This document shows, in pieces, positions 19,959 to 29,531 of a stretch of 43,053 nucleotides of DNA (positions are counted from its first letter, which is position 1; each line of letters starts with the position of its first letter). The notes beneath the pieces are model-generated. The model searched no databases and was not told where the DNA came from. It saw nothing but the letters and a program-made list of their open reading frames with translations. Made by a program: the position numbers and the translations under genes. This stretch comes from an uncultured Hydromonas sp. (GTDB lineage Bacteria; Pseudomonadota; Gammaproteobacteria; Burkholderiales; Burkholderiaceae): positions 1 to 43,053 of the forward strand of contig CAZCDD010000001.1 of NCBI GenBank assembly GCA_964497405.1, in the 5' to 3' direction.

Positions 19959-22043
19959 ATGACGAAACCCTCTATTTCGCCCAACGCATCCGCTCATAGC
20001 GACGAGCACGATCATCTGAATTGGATTGAGCAGCCACTGCCGGATGTGCGGCAGAATGAAACCGCTTTGGACAGCGGGGCTTTGGCTAAATTCAAGGACA
20101 TCGTGCGTTTTGCCAGCCAGTATTGGGGGGGAATGAGTGCGATTGCCTTGGTCGCGGTTTTTATCATTGCGCTGATCTTGGTGGTCACCAACGATGGTGT
20201 GTACAACTGGGCGCGCGAGTACGTGATTCGCACCGATGCGGCTTTGAGTGCGGGCGCTTGGGTCGCCTTTGGCAAACGGGTTTTCGCTGTTTTGGCGGCC
20301 TTGGCAGTGGTCGGGCTGGCTTATAAAGCATTGCTGCGTTATACCCAAATCGGTGCGGAGCGCATCCATGCGTGGGGCTTGTCTTTTGTCGTGCTGTTGT
20401 TGGCCACCATCAATGTCAAGCTCGGGGTTGAGCTGATTGAATGGTCGGGCGTGTTTTGGGAAGATGTGAAAAATAAAAACGTTGAGGCGTTTATCCCCGG
20501 ACTGGTTTGGTTTGCCAAGCTGGCGTTTGCCAGTATCTTGGTGAGCGTTTACCGTATCTTTTTCAGCCAATTACTACAAATCCGCTGGCGCACTTGGCTC
20601 ACCGAGCAGTTCAGTGAGCGTTATTTCGCGCACAATCGCTTTTATCATCTGGAGCAAATTCACGGCCAGGATAACCCCGACCAACGAATCGCTGAGGATT
20701 TGAACCGTTTGACCGACATGGCGATTGGCCTGTTTTTTGGTTTTTATTTGGCTTTGCTGTCGGTGTACGAGTACTCCAAAGCCATGTTGAAACTCTCCGG
20801 TGATTTGGACACCACGGTGTTCGGTCATGCGATTCACATTCCGGATTATATGTTTTGGGCGGTGGTTTTTTACACCCTCATCGGCTCGGTGGCGATTCAT
20901 TTCATCGGTCGTCGTTTGGTGAAAATCAATGTGCTGCGTGAACGCTACAACGCTGATTTCCGTTACCACCTGATTCGCGCGCGCGAGTACGCCGAAGGCA
21001 TCAGCTTTCTGCAAGGTGATGCGCATCATTTGCGCGGCGCGCGGCACTTTTTCACCATCATTCGGGCGAACTGGTATCACTACATGCACCGCATCAAAGC
21101 GCTCGGCTTTTCGCAGACCATTTATGCTCAGTTGGGGATTATTTTTCCAGTGATTGTGGCGGTGCCGCGTTATTTTTCCGGACAAATCACCTTTGGCGCG
21201 ATCATGCAGGTATTGCGCGCGTTTGGCGAATTGCGCGAAGCCCTGAGCTGGTTCATTGACAATTACAGTACATGGGCTGAGCTGCGCGCTTCCAGTACGC
21301 GGATTTTCAATCTGGACACAGATTTAAATCGAGTGGATGCGCTGCACGCGCAGTCCAATCTGCATGTCGCGGTGAACAACGTCGGCGGAGTTGCGCTCAC
21401 CCATGCGACGCTCGCGCGGCCGCAAAAATCTGCGAATGGTGCGCTCACGCAATTACCGCAGGTGCTGGACCTCGATTGGCAAATCACGCAGGGCGAGCGC
21501 TGGCTCGTCACCGGCGCGTCGGGCTCAGGCAAAAGTACCATTCTGCGCGCGATTGCCGCACTGTGGCCGTTTGGTCAGGGGCACATCGATGTGCCGACGA
21601 AAGGCAAAATGCTGTTTCTGCCGCAGCGACCGTATATGCCCATCGGCTCATTGCGCGAAGCCTTGTCCTACCCCGAGGCGCCGACGCGCTACAACGACGC
21701 GGCGTATGAAACCGCGTTGGAGATGGCGCAGTTATCGCATTTGAAACAACGTTTGGCGGAGACGAATAATTGGGCGTGGCTATTGTCCGGCGGTGAGCAG
21801 CAGCGTTTATCATTCGCCCGACTGTTTCTGCAACGGCCGCAATACGTCTTTTTAGACGAGGCGACCAGTGCGCTTGATGAAAGCAATGAAACCACGCTGT
21901 ATCAAACCATGCTCTCTTTCTTACCGGACGTGACGCTGGTCAGTGTGTCGCACCATCCGCAATTGGCGCAGTTCCACCACAAACGCTTGCATCTGGAAGC
22001 GGATGCAGCAGGTGGTTTTAAGCCGGTTCAGTCTGTGATTTAA
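19959..22043 (+). CDS. fused ABC transporter permease/ATP-binding protein, ABCD / YddA / SbmA-BacA-like TMD family
   Basis: 694 aa. The TMD contains the family motif [13 protein letters not shown]...[13 protein letters not shown]. The NBD has Walker [10 protein letters not shown], signature [13 protein letters not shown] and Walker [12 protein letters not shown]. Confidence 0.85.
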   Translation: MTKPSISPNASAHSDEHDHLNWIEQPLPDVRQNETALDSGALAKFKDIVRFASQYWGGMSAIALVAVFIIALILVVTNDGVYNWAREYVIRTDAALSAGAWVAFGKRVFAVLAALAVVGLAYKALLRYTQIGAERIHAWGLSFVVLLLATINVKLGVELIEWSGVFWEDVKNKNVEAFIPGLVWFAKLAFASILVSVYRIFFSQLLQIRWRTWLTEQFSERYFAHNRFYHLEQIHGQDNPDQRIAEDLNRLTDMAIGLFFGFYLALLSVYEYSKAMLKLSGDLDTTVFGHAIHIPDYMFWAVVFYTLIGSVAIHFIGRRLVKINVLRERYNADFRYHLIRAREYAEGISFLQGDAHHLRGARHFFTIIRANWYHYMHRIKALGFSQTIYAQLGIIFPVIVAVPRYFSGQITFGAIMQVLRAFGELREALSWFIDNYSTWAELRASSTRIFNLDTDLNRVDALHAQSNLHVAVNNVGGVALTHATLARPQKSANGALTQLPQVLDLDWQITQGERWLVTGASGSGKSTILRAIAALWPFGQGHIDVPTKGKMLFLPQRPYMPIGSLREALSYPEAPTRYNDAAYETALEMAQLSHLKQRLAETNNWAWLLSGGEQQRLSFARLFLQRPQYVFLDEATSALDESNETTLYQTMLSFLPDVTLVSVSHHPQLAQFHHKRLHLEADAAGGFKPVQSVI

Positions 22044-22059
22044 TTTTAAGAAAACCATC

Positions 22060-23535
22060 ATGCAATACACCGATTTACGCGACTTTATGGCTCAGCTCGA
22101 AAAAATGGGCGAGCTCAAGCGCATCAATCAGCCGATTTCGCCCGTGCTGGAGATGACCGAAATTGGCGACCGCACCTTGCGCAGTGGCGGGCCCGCATTG
22201 TTCTACGAAAATGTCGTACACGAAAATAAAAAATACGACTATCCCGTACTCGCCAATCTGTTTGGCACGCCACGCCGCGTTGCACTCGGCATGGGGGCGC
22301 AGGAGGTGAGCGAGCTGCGCGCCATTGGCCAACTGCTGTCGAATCTCAAAGAACCGCAACCGCCCGCCGGTCTGAAAGAGATCGGCAAACTCGGTGAAAT
22401 GGCCAAAGCCGTGTGGGACATGCGACCGAAAATGGAAAAACACGCCGCGGTGCACGAAGTCATTCTCGAAGGCGACGATGTGGATTTGACACAACTACCG
22501 ATCCAACATTGCTGGCCGGGCGACATCGCGCCGCTGCTGTCGTGGGGCTTGGTCGTGACCAAAGGGCCGCACAAAGCACGGCAAAACCTCGGTATCTACC
22601 GCCAGCAACTTCTGGGTCGGAATAAGCTCATTATGCGCTGGCTCGCCCATCGCGGCGGTGCGCTCGATTTCCGCGAGCACTGCCTCGCGCATCCGAATAC
22701 GCCGTTCCCGATCAGCGTGGTGCTCGGCTGCGATCCCGCGACCATCCTCGGCGCGGTCACGCCCGTGCCGGACACCTTGTCTGAGTATCAATTCGCCGGA
22801 CTGCTGCGCCACGGACGGACGGTTTTAACGAAATGTATTGGCAATGATTTGACTGTACCCGCGAATGCCGAAATCGTGCTCGAAGGCGTGATTCACCCGA
22901 ATGAAACCGCGATCGAAGGGCCGTTTGGAGACCACACTGGTTACTACAACGAGCAGGAAACCTTCCCCGTGTTCACCGTCGAGCGCATCACCATGCGCAA
23001 AAACCCGATTTACCACAGTACCTACACCGGCAAACCACCGGATGAACCGGCGGTACTCGGTGTGGCGCTCAATGAAGTATTCGTGCCGTTGCTACAAAAG
23101 CAATTCCCCGAAATCGTCGATTTCTACCTGCCGCCGGAAGGTTGCTCATACCGCATGGCCATCGTGTCGATTAAAAAGCAATATGCCGGTCATGCCAAAC
23201 GCGTGATGTTCGGCGTGTGGTCATTCCTACGTCAGTTCATGTACACCAAATACATCATTGTGGTCGATGACGATATCAACACGCGCGACTGGAATGAAGT
23301 CATCTGGGCGATCACCACGCGCATGGATCCAACGCGCGACACCACGCTGGTCGATCACACACCGATTGACTACCTCGATTTTGCCTCGCCGGTGTCCGGT
23401 CTCGGCTCGAAAATGGGCTTGGATGCGACCAACAAATGGCCGGGCGAAACCACGCGCGAGTGGGGTACGCCGATCGTCATGGATGCGGCGGTGAAAAGCA
23501 AAATTGACGGACTTTGGGCGGATTTGGGTTTGTAA
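22060..23535 (+). CDS. ubiD: 4-hydroxy-3-polyprenylbenzoate decarboxylase
   Basis: 491 aa, collinear with E. coli UbiD ([20 protein letters not shown]..., [30 protein letters not shown]). Confidence 0.95.
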   Translation: MQYTDLRDFMAQLEKMGELKRINQPISPVLEMTEIGDRTLRSGGPALFYENVVHENKKYDYPVLANLFGTPRRVALGMGAQEVSELRAIGQLLSNLKEPQPPAGLKEIGKLGEMAKAVWDMRPKMEKHAAVHEVILEGDDVDLTQLPIQHCWPGDIAPLLSWGLVVTKGPHKARQNLGIYRQQLLGRNKLIMRWLAHRGGALDFREHCLAHPNTPFPISVVLGCDPATILGAVTPVPDTLSEYQFAGLLRHGRTVLTKCIGNDLTVPANAEIVLEGVIHPNETAIEGPFGDHTGYYNEQETFPVFTVERITMRKNPIYHSTYTGKPPDEPAVLGVALNEVFVPLLQKQFPEIVDFYLPPEGCSYRMAIVSIKKQYAGHAKRVMFGVWSFLRQFMYTKYIIVVDDDINTRDWNEVIWAITTRMDPTRDTTLVDHTPIDYLDFASPVSGLGSKMGLDATNKWPGETTREWGTPIVMDAAVKSKIDGLWADLGL

Positions 23536-23546
23536 AGGAGAAAAGG

Positions 23547-24104
23547 ATGAAAAAATATGTGATGATGACTTTACTCGGCATCGCGTTTAATACGATGGCT
23601 GCACCAGCGGATATGGTAACGATCAATAAATTTCTTGAGGTGAGTCATGCGCAGGAATTACAGGAAGAAACATATGCACATGTTCAGAACAACCTTAAAG
23701 ATAATATCGCGAATGCTCTAAAAAAGCAGTGGAGCGTCTCCCAGTTATCGCCCAGAGAGCAGGTACTTTTAGATGAGTATTTCAAAATTTTTTCGCAGAA
23801 GTATACCAAGCTCGGAAAGACTTTGTTTAATTGGGAAACCATTAAACCGATGCAAATCAAGGCAGTGCAGAATACCTATTCTCAAGAGGAACTTGAGCAG
23901 TTGATTGTTTTCTACGAGTCACCGATTGGGCAAACATTTATAAAGAAAGCCCCTCAACTGATTAGTAATGTAAGTAGTGAAATGATGCCTTGGATGATGC
24001 AAGTGCGTGCTGCGAGCGAACAAGCAGCAAAAGAATCGGAAGTAGAGTTCAAGCGCAGACTAAAAAATGGTGAGTATGACCGGCTGTTTAATAATGCAAA
24101 ATAG
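23547..24104 (+). CDS. DUF2059-family periplasmic protein
   Basis: ATG at 23547 with SD AAGGAG. Signal peptide MKKYVMMTLLGIAFNTMAAPA. The LEQLIVFYESPIGQTFIKKAPQL region resembles DUF2059. Visibly more AT-rich than the flanks. Confidence 0.65.
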   Translation: MKKYVMMTLLGIAFNTMAAPADMVTINKFLEVSHAQELQEETYAHVQNNLKDNIANALKKQWSVSQLSPREQVLLDEYFKIFSQKYTKLGKTLFNWETIKPMQIKAVQNTYSQEELEQLIVFYESPIGQTFIKKAPQLISNVSSEMMPWMMQVRAASEQAAKESEVEFKRRLKNGEYDRLFNNAK

Positions 24105-24156
24105 CACCATGATTGAGGAGGTATTGGTATGATTGGCTTTAAGTTTAAGCTGTAAT

Positions 24157-25707
24157 CTAATCACCCAAACATTCAATCAAATCACTGGGCAGCATAGCAC
24201 GCTGCCCATATTTTTGCGCGGCGGCATCGCCTGCTGCACCGTGCAGATACACCCCTAAAATCGCCGCGACATCGGGCGCATAACCCTGAGCGAGCTGTGC
24301 CAATATCACGCCGGTGAGCGCGTCGCCGCTGCCGCCTTTGGCCATGCCGGGGTTGCCGGTGGTGTTGTAAAAGCGGCGTCCATCGGGCAGTGCGGTGCAG
24401 GTGTGCGCGCCTTTGAGTACCACAATGAGCTTGTAATGCTGCGCCAGCGTCAACTGTGCTTGGCGGCATGCTTCGTCGGTGGCGGTGTTCAAGGATAAAT
24501 GTGCGACCAGTCGCTCAAATTCTTTTGGATGCGGCGTGAGTATGGTGTTGGGCGGTAATAATTTAAATAAATCCGGCTCGCTCGCGATGATATTCAGCGC
24601 ATCGGCATCCAATACGAGTCGTGGCGCATCAGCGCGAGCATGGATGGTTTGCAATAGGGCTCGCAATGCGGCGCGGGTTTCGGGTGCTTGCCCAATGCCG
24701 CAGCCAATGCCGATCGCATCGTACTTTTCAATCTCAATCGCATCGTGCCACAGTCGCTCGTGTGTGTCGGTCTGCACCATCGCTTCGGGAATGGCGGTTT
24801 GCAGCGGCACATAGCCGCACTGCGGACTGTGCACGGTGAGCAGTCCCGCGCCACCACGCAGACAGGCACGCGCTGCCAGTATTGCCGCGCCGACGGTACC
24901 GTGTGCGCCTGCGATCAGCAGGGCGTGACCGAAGGTGCCTTTGTGCGCAAATTTGCCACGCGGTTGGCATTGTGCGTGTGCCCATGCTGCGGTGACCAGT
25001 TGCATCGGGCTATTTGCAGCGGCAATGGCGGCGTGGCTTAAACCAATGGGTACAATCTGCCATGCGCCGACGCGTTCGGCATTTTCTGGCCAGAGTAGAG
25101 CGGGTTTGGCACACTCAAAGGTGAGCGTGTGTGTGGCATGGATCACCGGCCAATGCGCGGGCGTATGCGCGTCGCTCAGTAGTCCCGACGGCATATCAAT
25201 GGCAATGGTGTGTGCTTGTTCGGCGTTAAGGGTTTCGATGACATTTGCGAGTAAGCCGTCGGTTGCGCGCGTCGTGCCTGTACCGAGCAGCGCGTCAATC
25301 ACACAGTGAGGCGCTGCGGTGTTGTCACGCTGATTGGATTGTAGAGCTAGGTCATGGATGGCGCGGATGGTGTGAATCTGTGCGGGGGCGGCGATTTGTA
25401 AACGCTGCCAATTGATCTGCGCATCGGCGCTCATCGGCGCGCCGTAGTCAACGAGATAGGCACACGCTGACCGGCCACGTTCGAGGAGCAAGCGGGTGAT
25501 CGCCAAACCATCGCCGCCGTTATTACCCAATCCACACCACACGCTGTAATGCGTGTCATCCGGCTGGTGGGTCATGAGCCAATCCACGCAGGCCGTTGCT
25601 GCGCGCTCCATTAGGTCAATCGAGGCGATTGGCTCGTTGCGGATGATGGCGCTGTCCACCGCGCGCATCTGCGCGGCGGTCAGTATGGATGCGTGCATGT
25701 GGCTCAT
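24157..25707 (-). CDS. nnr: bifunctional NAD(P)H-hydrate repair enzyme (epimerase / ADP-dependent dehydratase, YjeF)
   Basis: 516 aa. N-terminal YjeF_N (CGLGNNGGDGLA) and C-terminal carbohydrate-kinase-like domain (KGGSGDALTGVI). Confidence 0.9.
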   Translation of the reverse strand: MSHMHASILTAAQMRAVDSAIIRNEPIASIDLMERAATACVDWLMTHQPDDTHYSVWCGLGNNGGDGLAITRLLLERGRSACAYLVDYGAPMSADAQINWQRLQIAAPAQIHTIRAIHDLALQSNQRDNTAAPHCVIDALLGTGTTRATDGLLANVIETLNAEQAHTIAIDMPSGLLSDAHTPAHWPVIHATHTLTFECAKPALLWPENAERVGAWQIVPIGLSHAAIAAANSPMQLVTAAWAHAQCQPRGKFAHKGTFGHALLIAGAHGTVGAAILAARACLRGGAGLLTVHSPQCGYVPLQTAIPEAMVQTDTHERLWHDAIEIEKYDAIGIGCGIGQAPETRAALRALLQTIHARADAPRLVLDADALNIIASEPDLFKLLPPNTILTPHPKEFERLVAHLSLNTATDEACRQAQLTLAQHYKLIVVLKGAHTCTALPDGRRFYNTTGNPGMAKGGSGDALTGVILAQLAQGYAPDVAAILGVYLHGAAGDAAAQKYGQRAMLPSDLIECLGD

Positions 25708-25727
25708 ATGACGGTATGACCGCTGGC

Positions 25728-26723
25728 TTAGGCTAACAGTTGTTTCAGTACTTTGTCGGCTCTGATTTGGTTGACGATTTCTTGGGCTTTGGCCAAGAGT
25801 TTGTCAACACCGAGCTGATCTTTACCGATAATCATTACGGCCGCTTGTTCGGCCTGCGACGTTGAGAGTTTTTTGTGTTCTCGCAGCCATTCGCTCAGCG
25901 CGAGCAGGCGTAAACCTTGGTCTTTGAGTTCGCCCAGCTCAGCAATCAGCCAGCTCATGGCGTAGTAGGCGTGGGTGTTCATGTGCAATACATGTTTCAT
26001 GCCTTCGACTTGCGGGAGTTGGTTGAACGGTGATTTCACGATGGCTTCGGTGGCGTATTTGGCAAACGCTTCCGGCATCGGCTCGCTCGGTTTTAGGTTC
26101 ACAAAGCCTTTGAATGCTTGCGGATAGATGCTCAACCAACGCACATCACGGCGCAGTTCGTGTACATCGGCTTCCACTTCACGCAGCGGTTGTTTGAGCT
26201 GTTGCTTGAGTTCGGACAACGCGCTTTTGTACTCTTTTTTCAACGCTTTGCTCATCTCTTGATCGCTGAGCCAGTCAATTTTTCGGAATACTTTTTGCAG
26301 GTTTTGCAGTTGGCTGGATTCCAGTTTCGGACTGTCACTGCGATTGTCTGCGGTTTCCAGCCAGCCGTATTGCTCCAGCAGGGTGTTCATCTGCGCCGCT
26401 GTGATGGTGCGGTGTGTTTCTAAGTTTTGTTTGAACTCAGTGAGTTGTTTGTTGGGGTTGAAGTCTTTGAGCAAGCCAGAGTAATAATCCATCGCGCCCA
26501 AACCGTCTTCCAACGCTTTGAATTGCTCGTTGAGCGCGCTTAATTTTTTCTTGTCATGTACATTCATCAGCACGCGCGTCATGCCCTCGAGGTAGAACAA
26601 GGGCGTGCGCGCATCATGAGCCAATAGATAGCTGGCCGGATCGGTCGTGCCTGCCGCTTGCTGAAGCAAACGTACCCACAGGGTGGTGTAATGGACAAAC
26701 AGTTGTTTAACGTGTTTCATCAT
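25728..26723 (-). CDS. hypothetical all-alpha protein (family not recognised; weak CHAD-like His/Arg helices)
   Basis: 331 aa. Host-like codon usage, strong SD GAGGAG, and it ends 20 nt before nnr. Lys/Glu/Leu/Gln-rich with a helical character. Two motifs (AHDARTPLFYLEGMTRVL, VHELRRDVRWLSIY) faintly recall CHAD repeats. The start may be the second ATG at 26720. Confidence 0.6.
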   Translation of the reverse strand: MMKHVKQLFVHYTTLWVRLLQQAAGTTDPASYLLAHDARTPLFYLEGMTRVLMNVHDKKKLSALNEQFKALEDGLGAMDYYSGLLKDFNPNKQLTEFKQNLETHRTITAAQMNTLLEQYGWLETADNRSDSPKLESSQLQNLQKVFRKIDWLSDQEMSKALKKEYKSALSELKQQLKQPLREVEADVHELRRDVRWLSIYPQAFKGFVNLKPSEPMPEAFAKYATEAIVKSPFNQLPQVEGMKHVLHMNTHAYYAMSWLIAELGELKDQGLRLLALSEWLREHKKLSTSQAEQAAVMIIGKDQLGVDKLLAKAQEIVNQIRADKVLKQLLA

Positions 26724-26831
26724 TTCTCCTCAGAATATCGCAGTGATGCATTCATTATACTGCTTCACCGAAGGCGGCGGCGGTTTTGTCTGCCTCTCAT
26801 CGGGTGTTCGCATGGATTTTGTTAAAGTTTA

Positions 26832-26840
26832 TGATACAAT
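26832..26840 (+). promoter_or_regulatory. extended -10 promoter (TGaTACAAT) for yhhQ
   Basis: TG at 26832-26833 and TACAAT at 26835-26840, followed by a GCGCGC discriminator. Poor -35. Confidence 0.4.
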
Positions 26841-26912
26841 GCGCGCGCCCTCGGACTGTTTCCGTCGGGCATTCTTTTCCCTTCGCCTATTTTGCGAACT
26901 CTGGAGTTTACT

Positions 26913-27461
26913 ATGGTCTTTATTTGGACAGCTTTTTATGTCTTGGCGGTTTTGTTCGCCAACCTCACCCTCAATCAATTCATTCCACTGCCGGTGTTTG
27001 GTCTGCTCAGTGTGGGCACGCTGTTTTTCGGCGCGGTGTTTACCCTGCGCGACCGTCTGCATATGCACGGCCTGAAAGCCGTTTATACCGCGATTGCCTT
27101 GGCCTTGCTGGTCAATGCTGTGGCCGGCTGGTTGCTGATGGATCAAGAGCCGAACCGCGTACGCTTTATTTTGGCCTCGTTCACCGCAATTTTGGTCAGT
27201 GAATTGACCGACACCGTGATTTACCAAAAATTGATGCAACGCACTTGGCTCACCCGCGCGCTCACCAGCAATGCCGTGAGCATCCCGTTGGACACCATTT
27301 TATTCACCTTGCTCGCGTTCTACGGCATTATGAGCTGGAACGAAATGGCGCAAATCGTCTATGCCGATTTGGTGTTTAAAGCTGTGATTGCGACGGCACT
27401 GGCGCTGGCGGTACACTTCGGCCTAAAAAAGCGCAACGGCGCGGCTGAGCAGATGGCATAA
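26913..27461 (+). CDS. yhhQ: queuosine-precursor (preQ0/preQ1) transporter, VUT/YhhQ family (DUF165)
   Basis: 182 aa from the ATG at 26913 (SD CTGGAG). Polytopic. The FGAVFTLRDRLH motif and C-terminal YADLVFK region are typical of YhhQ/VUT proteins. Confidence 0.75.
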   Translation: MVFIWTAFYVLAVLFANLTLNQFIPLPVFGLLSVGTLFFGAVFTLRDRLHMHGLKAVYTAIALALLVNAVAGWLLMDQEPNRVRFILASFTAILVSELTDTVIYQKLMQRTWLTRALTSNAVSIPLDTILFTLLAFYGIMSWNEMAQIVYADLVFKAVIATALALAVHFGLKKRNGAAEQMA

Positions 27462-27496
27462 GTTGGTCGTCACACTGACTGCATAAGGAATACGCT

Positions 27497-27874
27497 ATGA
27501 CTTGGCTCACCCACGATTCGGCGCACGTCGCCGCGCCACTCAAAACCATAGCCAATGCGCGCCCTGATTTGGCGACTGAAATCGAGCACACGATTGATTT
27601 GCCCATCCTCTGTCTGCGCAGCCAAAATCCGGCGGCGGGCAGCACTTTAGCAATTCGTTATACGCCAACCGCGCGAATCCTCGAATTATTCGCGCTGGAT
27701 GCCTACATCAAAGCCTACATCGGCCACACTCTGGTGCGCGATATGGAATATTTCGTACAAAGCATCGCCGATGAATGCGCGCGCGTGCTCGAAGTGCCGG
27801 TTGAGTGTGTGGGACAAATTCGTTACAACGGCTTGAGCATGGGGCAAAATATCCGTGTATGGGCGGGCTCGTAA
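27497..27874 (+). CDS. QueF-like T-fold protein (divergent 7-cyano-7-deazaguanine reductase family)
   Basis: 125 aa, SD AAGGAA. By eye it aligns to type-I QueF: LCLRSQNP vs SLCPKTGQPD (Cys kept); ILELFALDAYIKAYIGH vs MVESKSLKLYLFSFRNH (Glu, Tyr, His kept; both Lys lost); VECVGQIRYNGLSMG vs IEVWGKFTPRGGISI. Confidence 0.5.
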   Translation: MTWLTHDSAHVAAPLKTIANARPDLATEIEHTIDLPILCLRSQNPAAGSTLAIRYTPTARILELFALDAYIKAYIGHTLVRDMEYFVQSIADECARVLEVPVECVGQIRYNGLSMGQNIRVWAGS

Positions 27875-27895
27875 CATATTCGATTATTTAAACCA

Positions 27896-27925
27896 ATAGG
27901 GACGCAAATTGCGTCCCTATTTTTT
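27896..27925. terminator. Rho-independent terminator between the QueF-like gene and pta
   Basis: Perfect 10-bp stem ATAGGGACGC (27896-27905) pairing with GCGTCCCTAT (27911-27920), followed by a T5 run. Confidence 0.85.
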
Positions 27926-27948
27926 ACTGCATTAATTTTGACTAAGGA

Positions 27949-29451
27949 TTAAGCCGATTTTTGCACCGCTTGAATCGCAGTCAAGGCGATGGTGAAGACG
28001 ATGTCATCGACCAATGCGCCGCGTGACAGATCGTTCACCGGTTTGCGCAGCCCTTGCAGCATCGGGCCAACGGCAATGACGTTGGCCGAGCGTTGTACCG
28101 CTTTGTAGGTGCAGTTACCGGTGTTCAGGTCTGGGAAGACGAACACGGTGGCGCGGCCCGCGACTTTGGAGTTCGGGGCTTTGGATTTGCCCACGGACTC
28201 GACGGAGGCGGCGTCGTATTGCAACGGGCCATCGATCGCCAAATCAGGACGCTGTGCTTGCGCCAATTTGGTGGCTTGATCAACTTTTTCAACGTCAGGG
28301 CCTGCGCCGGATACGCCGGTGGAGTAGGAAATCATCGCGACGCGCGGTTCAATGCCGAAGGCTTTGGCGGAGTCCGCAGACTGAATCGCGATGTCGGCGA
28401 GCTGCTCGGCATTCGGGTTCGGGTTGATCGCGCAGTCGCCGTACACGTACACTTGATCCGGCATGAGCATGAAGAATACGCTGGAGACGATGTTGGAGCC
28501 CGGTGCGGTTTTGATGATTTGCAGAGCTGGGCGCACGGTGTTGGCCGTGGTGTGAACTGCGCCTGAGACCAGACCGTCGATTTCATCCAAAGCCATCATC
28601 ACGGTGCCTTGCATCACGGTGTCTTGCAATTCTTCCAGTGCTTTTTCTACGGTCATGCCTTTGTTTTTGCGCATTTCGACCAATGGTGCGACGTAGTTGG
28701 CGCGGGTCAACGCGGGGTCCATGCATTCGAGTTCGGCCGGTACGGTGAGGCCTTGTTCGGCGGCAACACGCTCAACGTCTTCACGTTTGGCCATGAGGAC
28801 GCAGCGAGCGATTTTTTTCTCGGTACAGATGATCGCGGCTTTGACGGTACGTGGCTCGTCGCCTTCGGGCAGGACGATGCGTTTGTTGGCTTTACGCGCT
28901 TTTTCGATCAATTGGTGACGAAATTCTGGGGGTGAGAAGAATTGTTCGCGTTCTGCCGTTGCGCGGGCTTTGAGGTCGGCGATGTTCAGTGCGTTAGCGA
29001 CATTCGCGCCTTGATCCACTGAGCCGATGACTTTGCCTTTGGCGACGTGCAGGCTTTGTACCGCCAAATCGGTGCAGATGGCTTGTACATGCTCTGGTTT
29101 GGAGGCGACGAAGACGACTTCGGCTTGCAGGTTGCGAATCAGTTCGCCGTTCAGTTGTGCAGCGTAGGGTGCGAGCGGGCCGGATTGTTCAAAATCAGCG
29201 ACCACGCCTTCAACCACGGCCACTTGTGCGCCATCGGTGCTGGTGTAAAACGCGCCGATGATGTCTTCCATGAGTTGGTCATTGTTACCACCTGCGAGCA
29301 ATTGGGTGGCTTGCTCAAGCGCAACACCACCGCCGACAGGCTTGAATCGGGCAACTTTTAAGCCTGCTTTTTGCAGTTCGCTGGCCAGACCGCCGGCCAC
29401 TTGGCTCAAATCAGAACCTGCGCCCATAGGCGCGACATACAGTACATACAT
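27949..29451 (-). CDS. pta: phosphate acetyltransferase
   Basis: 500 aa. The C-terminal PTA_PTB domain ([16 protein letters not shown]..., ...[18 protein letters not shown]) is preceded by a short N-terminal domain of about 160 aa. Lies downstream of ackA. Confidence 0.9.
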   Translation of the reverse strand: MYVLYVAPMGAGSDLSQVAGGLASELQKAGLKVARFKPVGGGVALEQATQLLAGGNNDQLMEDIIGAFYTSTDGAQVAVVEGVVADFEQSGPLAPYAAQLNGELIRNLQAEVVFVASKPEHVQAICTDLAVQSLHVAKGKVIGSVDQGANVANALNIADLKARATAEREQFFSPPEFRHQLIEKARKANKRIVLPEGDEPRTVKAAIICTEKKIARCVLMAKREDVERVAAEQGLTVPAELECMDPALTRANYVAPLVEMRKNKGMTVEKALEELQDTVMQGTVMMALDEIDGLVSGAVHTTANTVRPALQIIKTAPGSNIVSSVFFMLMPDQVYVYGDCAINPNPNAEQLADIAIQSADSAKAFGIEPRVAMISYSTGVSGAGPDVEKVDQATKLAQAQRPDLAIDGPLQYDAASVESVGKSKAPNSKVAGRATVFVFPDLNTGNCTYKAVQRSANVIAVGPMLQGLRKPVNDLSRGALVDDIVFTIALTAIQAVQKSA

Positions 29452-29464
29452 GGTGATTCCTTTT

Positions 29465-29518
29465 TTTAATTAAAAATGAGGGTGTGCAACGCTGTCTATC
29501 CTCAGCATTGTCACACCC
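29465..29518 (-). terminator. intercistronic hairpin/attenuator between ackA and pta
   Basis: On the minus strand, GGGTGTGACAATGCTG pairs with CAGCGTTGCACACCC (plus-strand 29480-29518, about 15 bp with one G-U), followed by TCATTTTTAATT. The pta SD comes next. Confidence 0.5.
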
Positions 29519-29531
29519 GTGGTCATTCAGA

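Noticed and set aside
19878-21185. Minus-strand ORFs of 230 aa and 203 aa
   Set aside because: Both are antisense to the ABC transporter gene. Their composition is Gln/Arg/His-rich and they have no motifs.
24115-24155. 8-codon mini-ORF MIGFKFKL with a perfect SD (GAGGAGG, 7-nt spacing) between the DUF2059 gene and nnr
   Set aside because: It cannot be supported from sequence alone. It sits between convergent genes and may be chance. It is only worth checking if ribosome profiling data exist.
26841-26912. preQ1 riboswitch upstream of yhhQ
   Set aside because: The leader has a hairpin (GCCCTCGGA...TCCGTCGGGC) followed by a T-rich tract. It lacks the A-rich tail and loop signature of preQ1-I and is too short for preQ1-II or preQ1-III, so I cannot support a riboswitch call.
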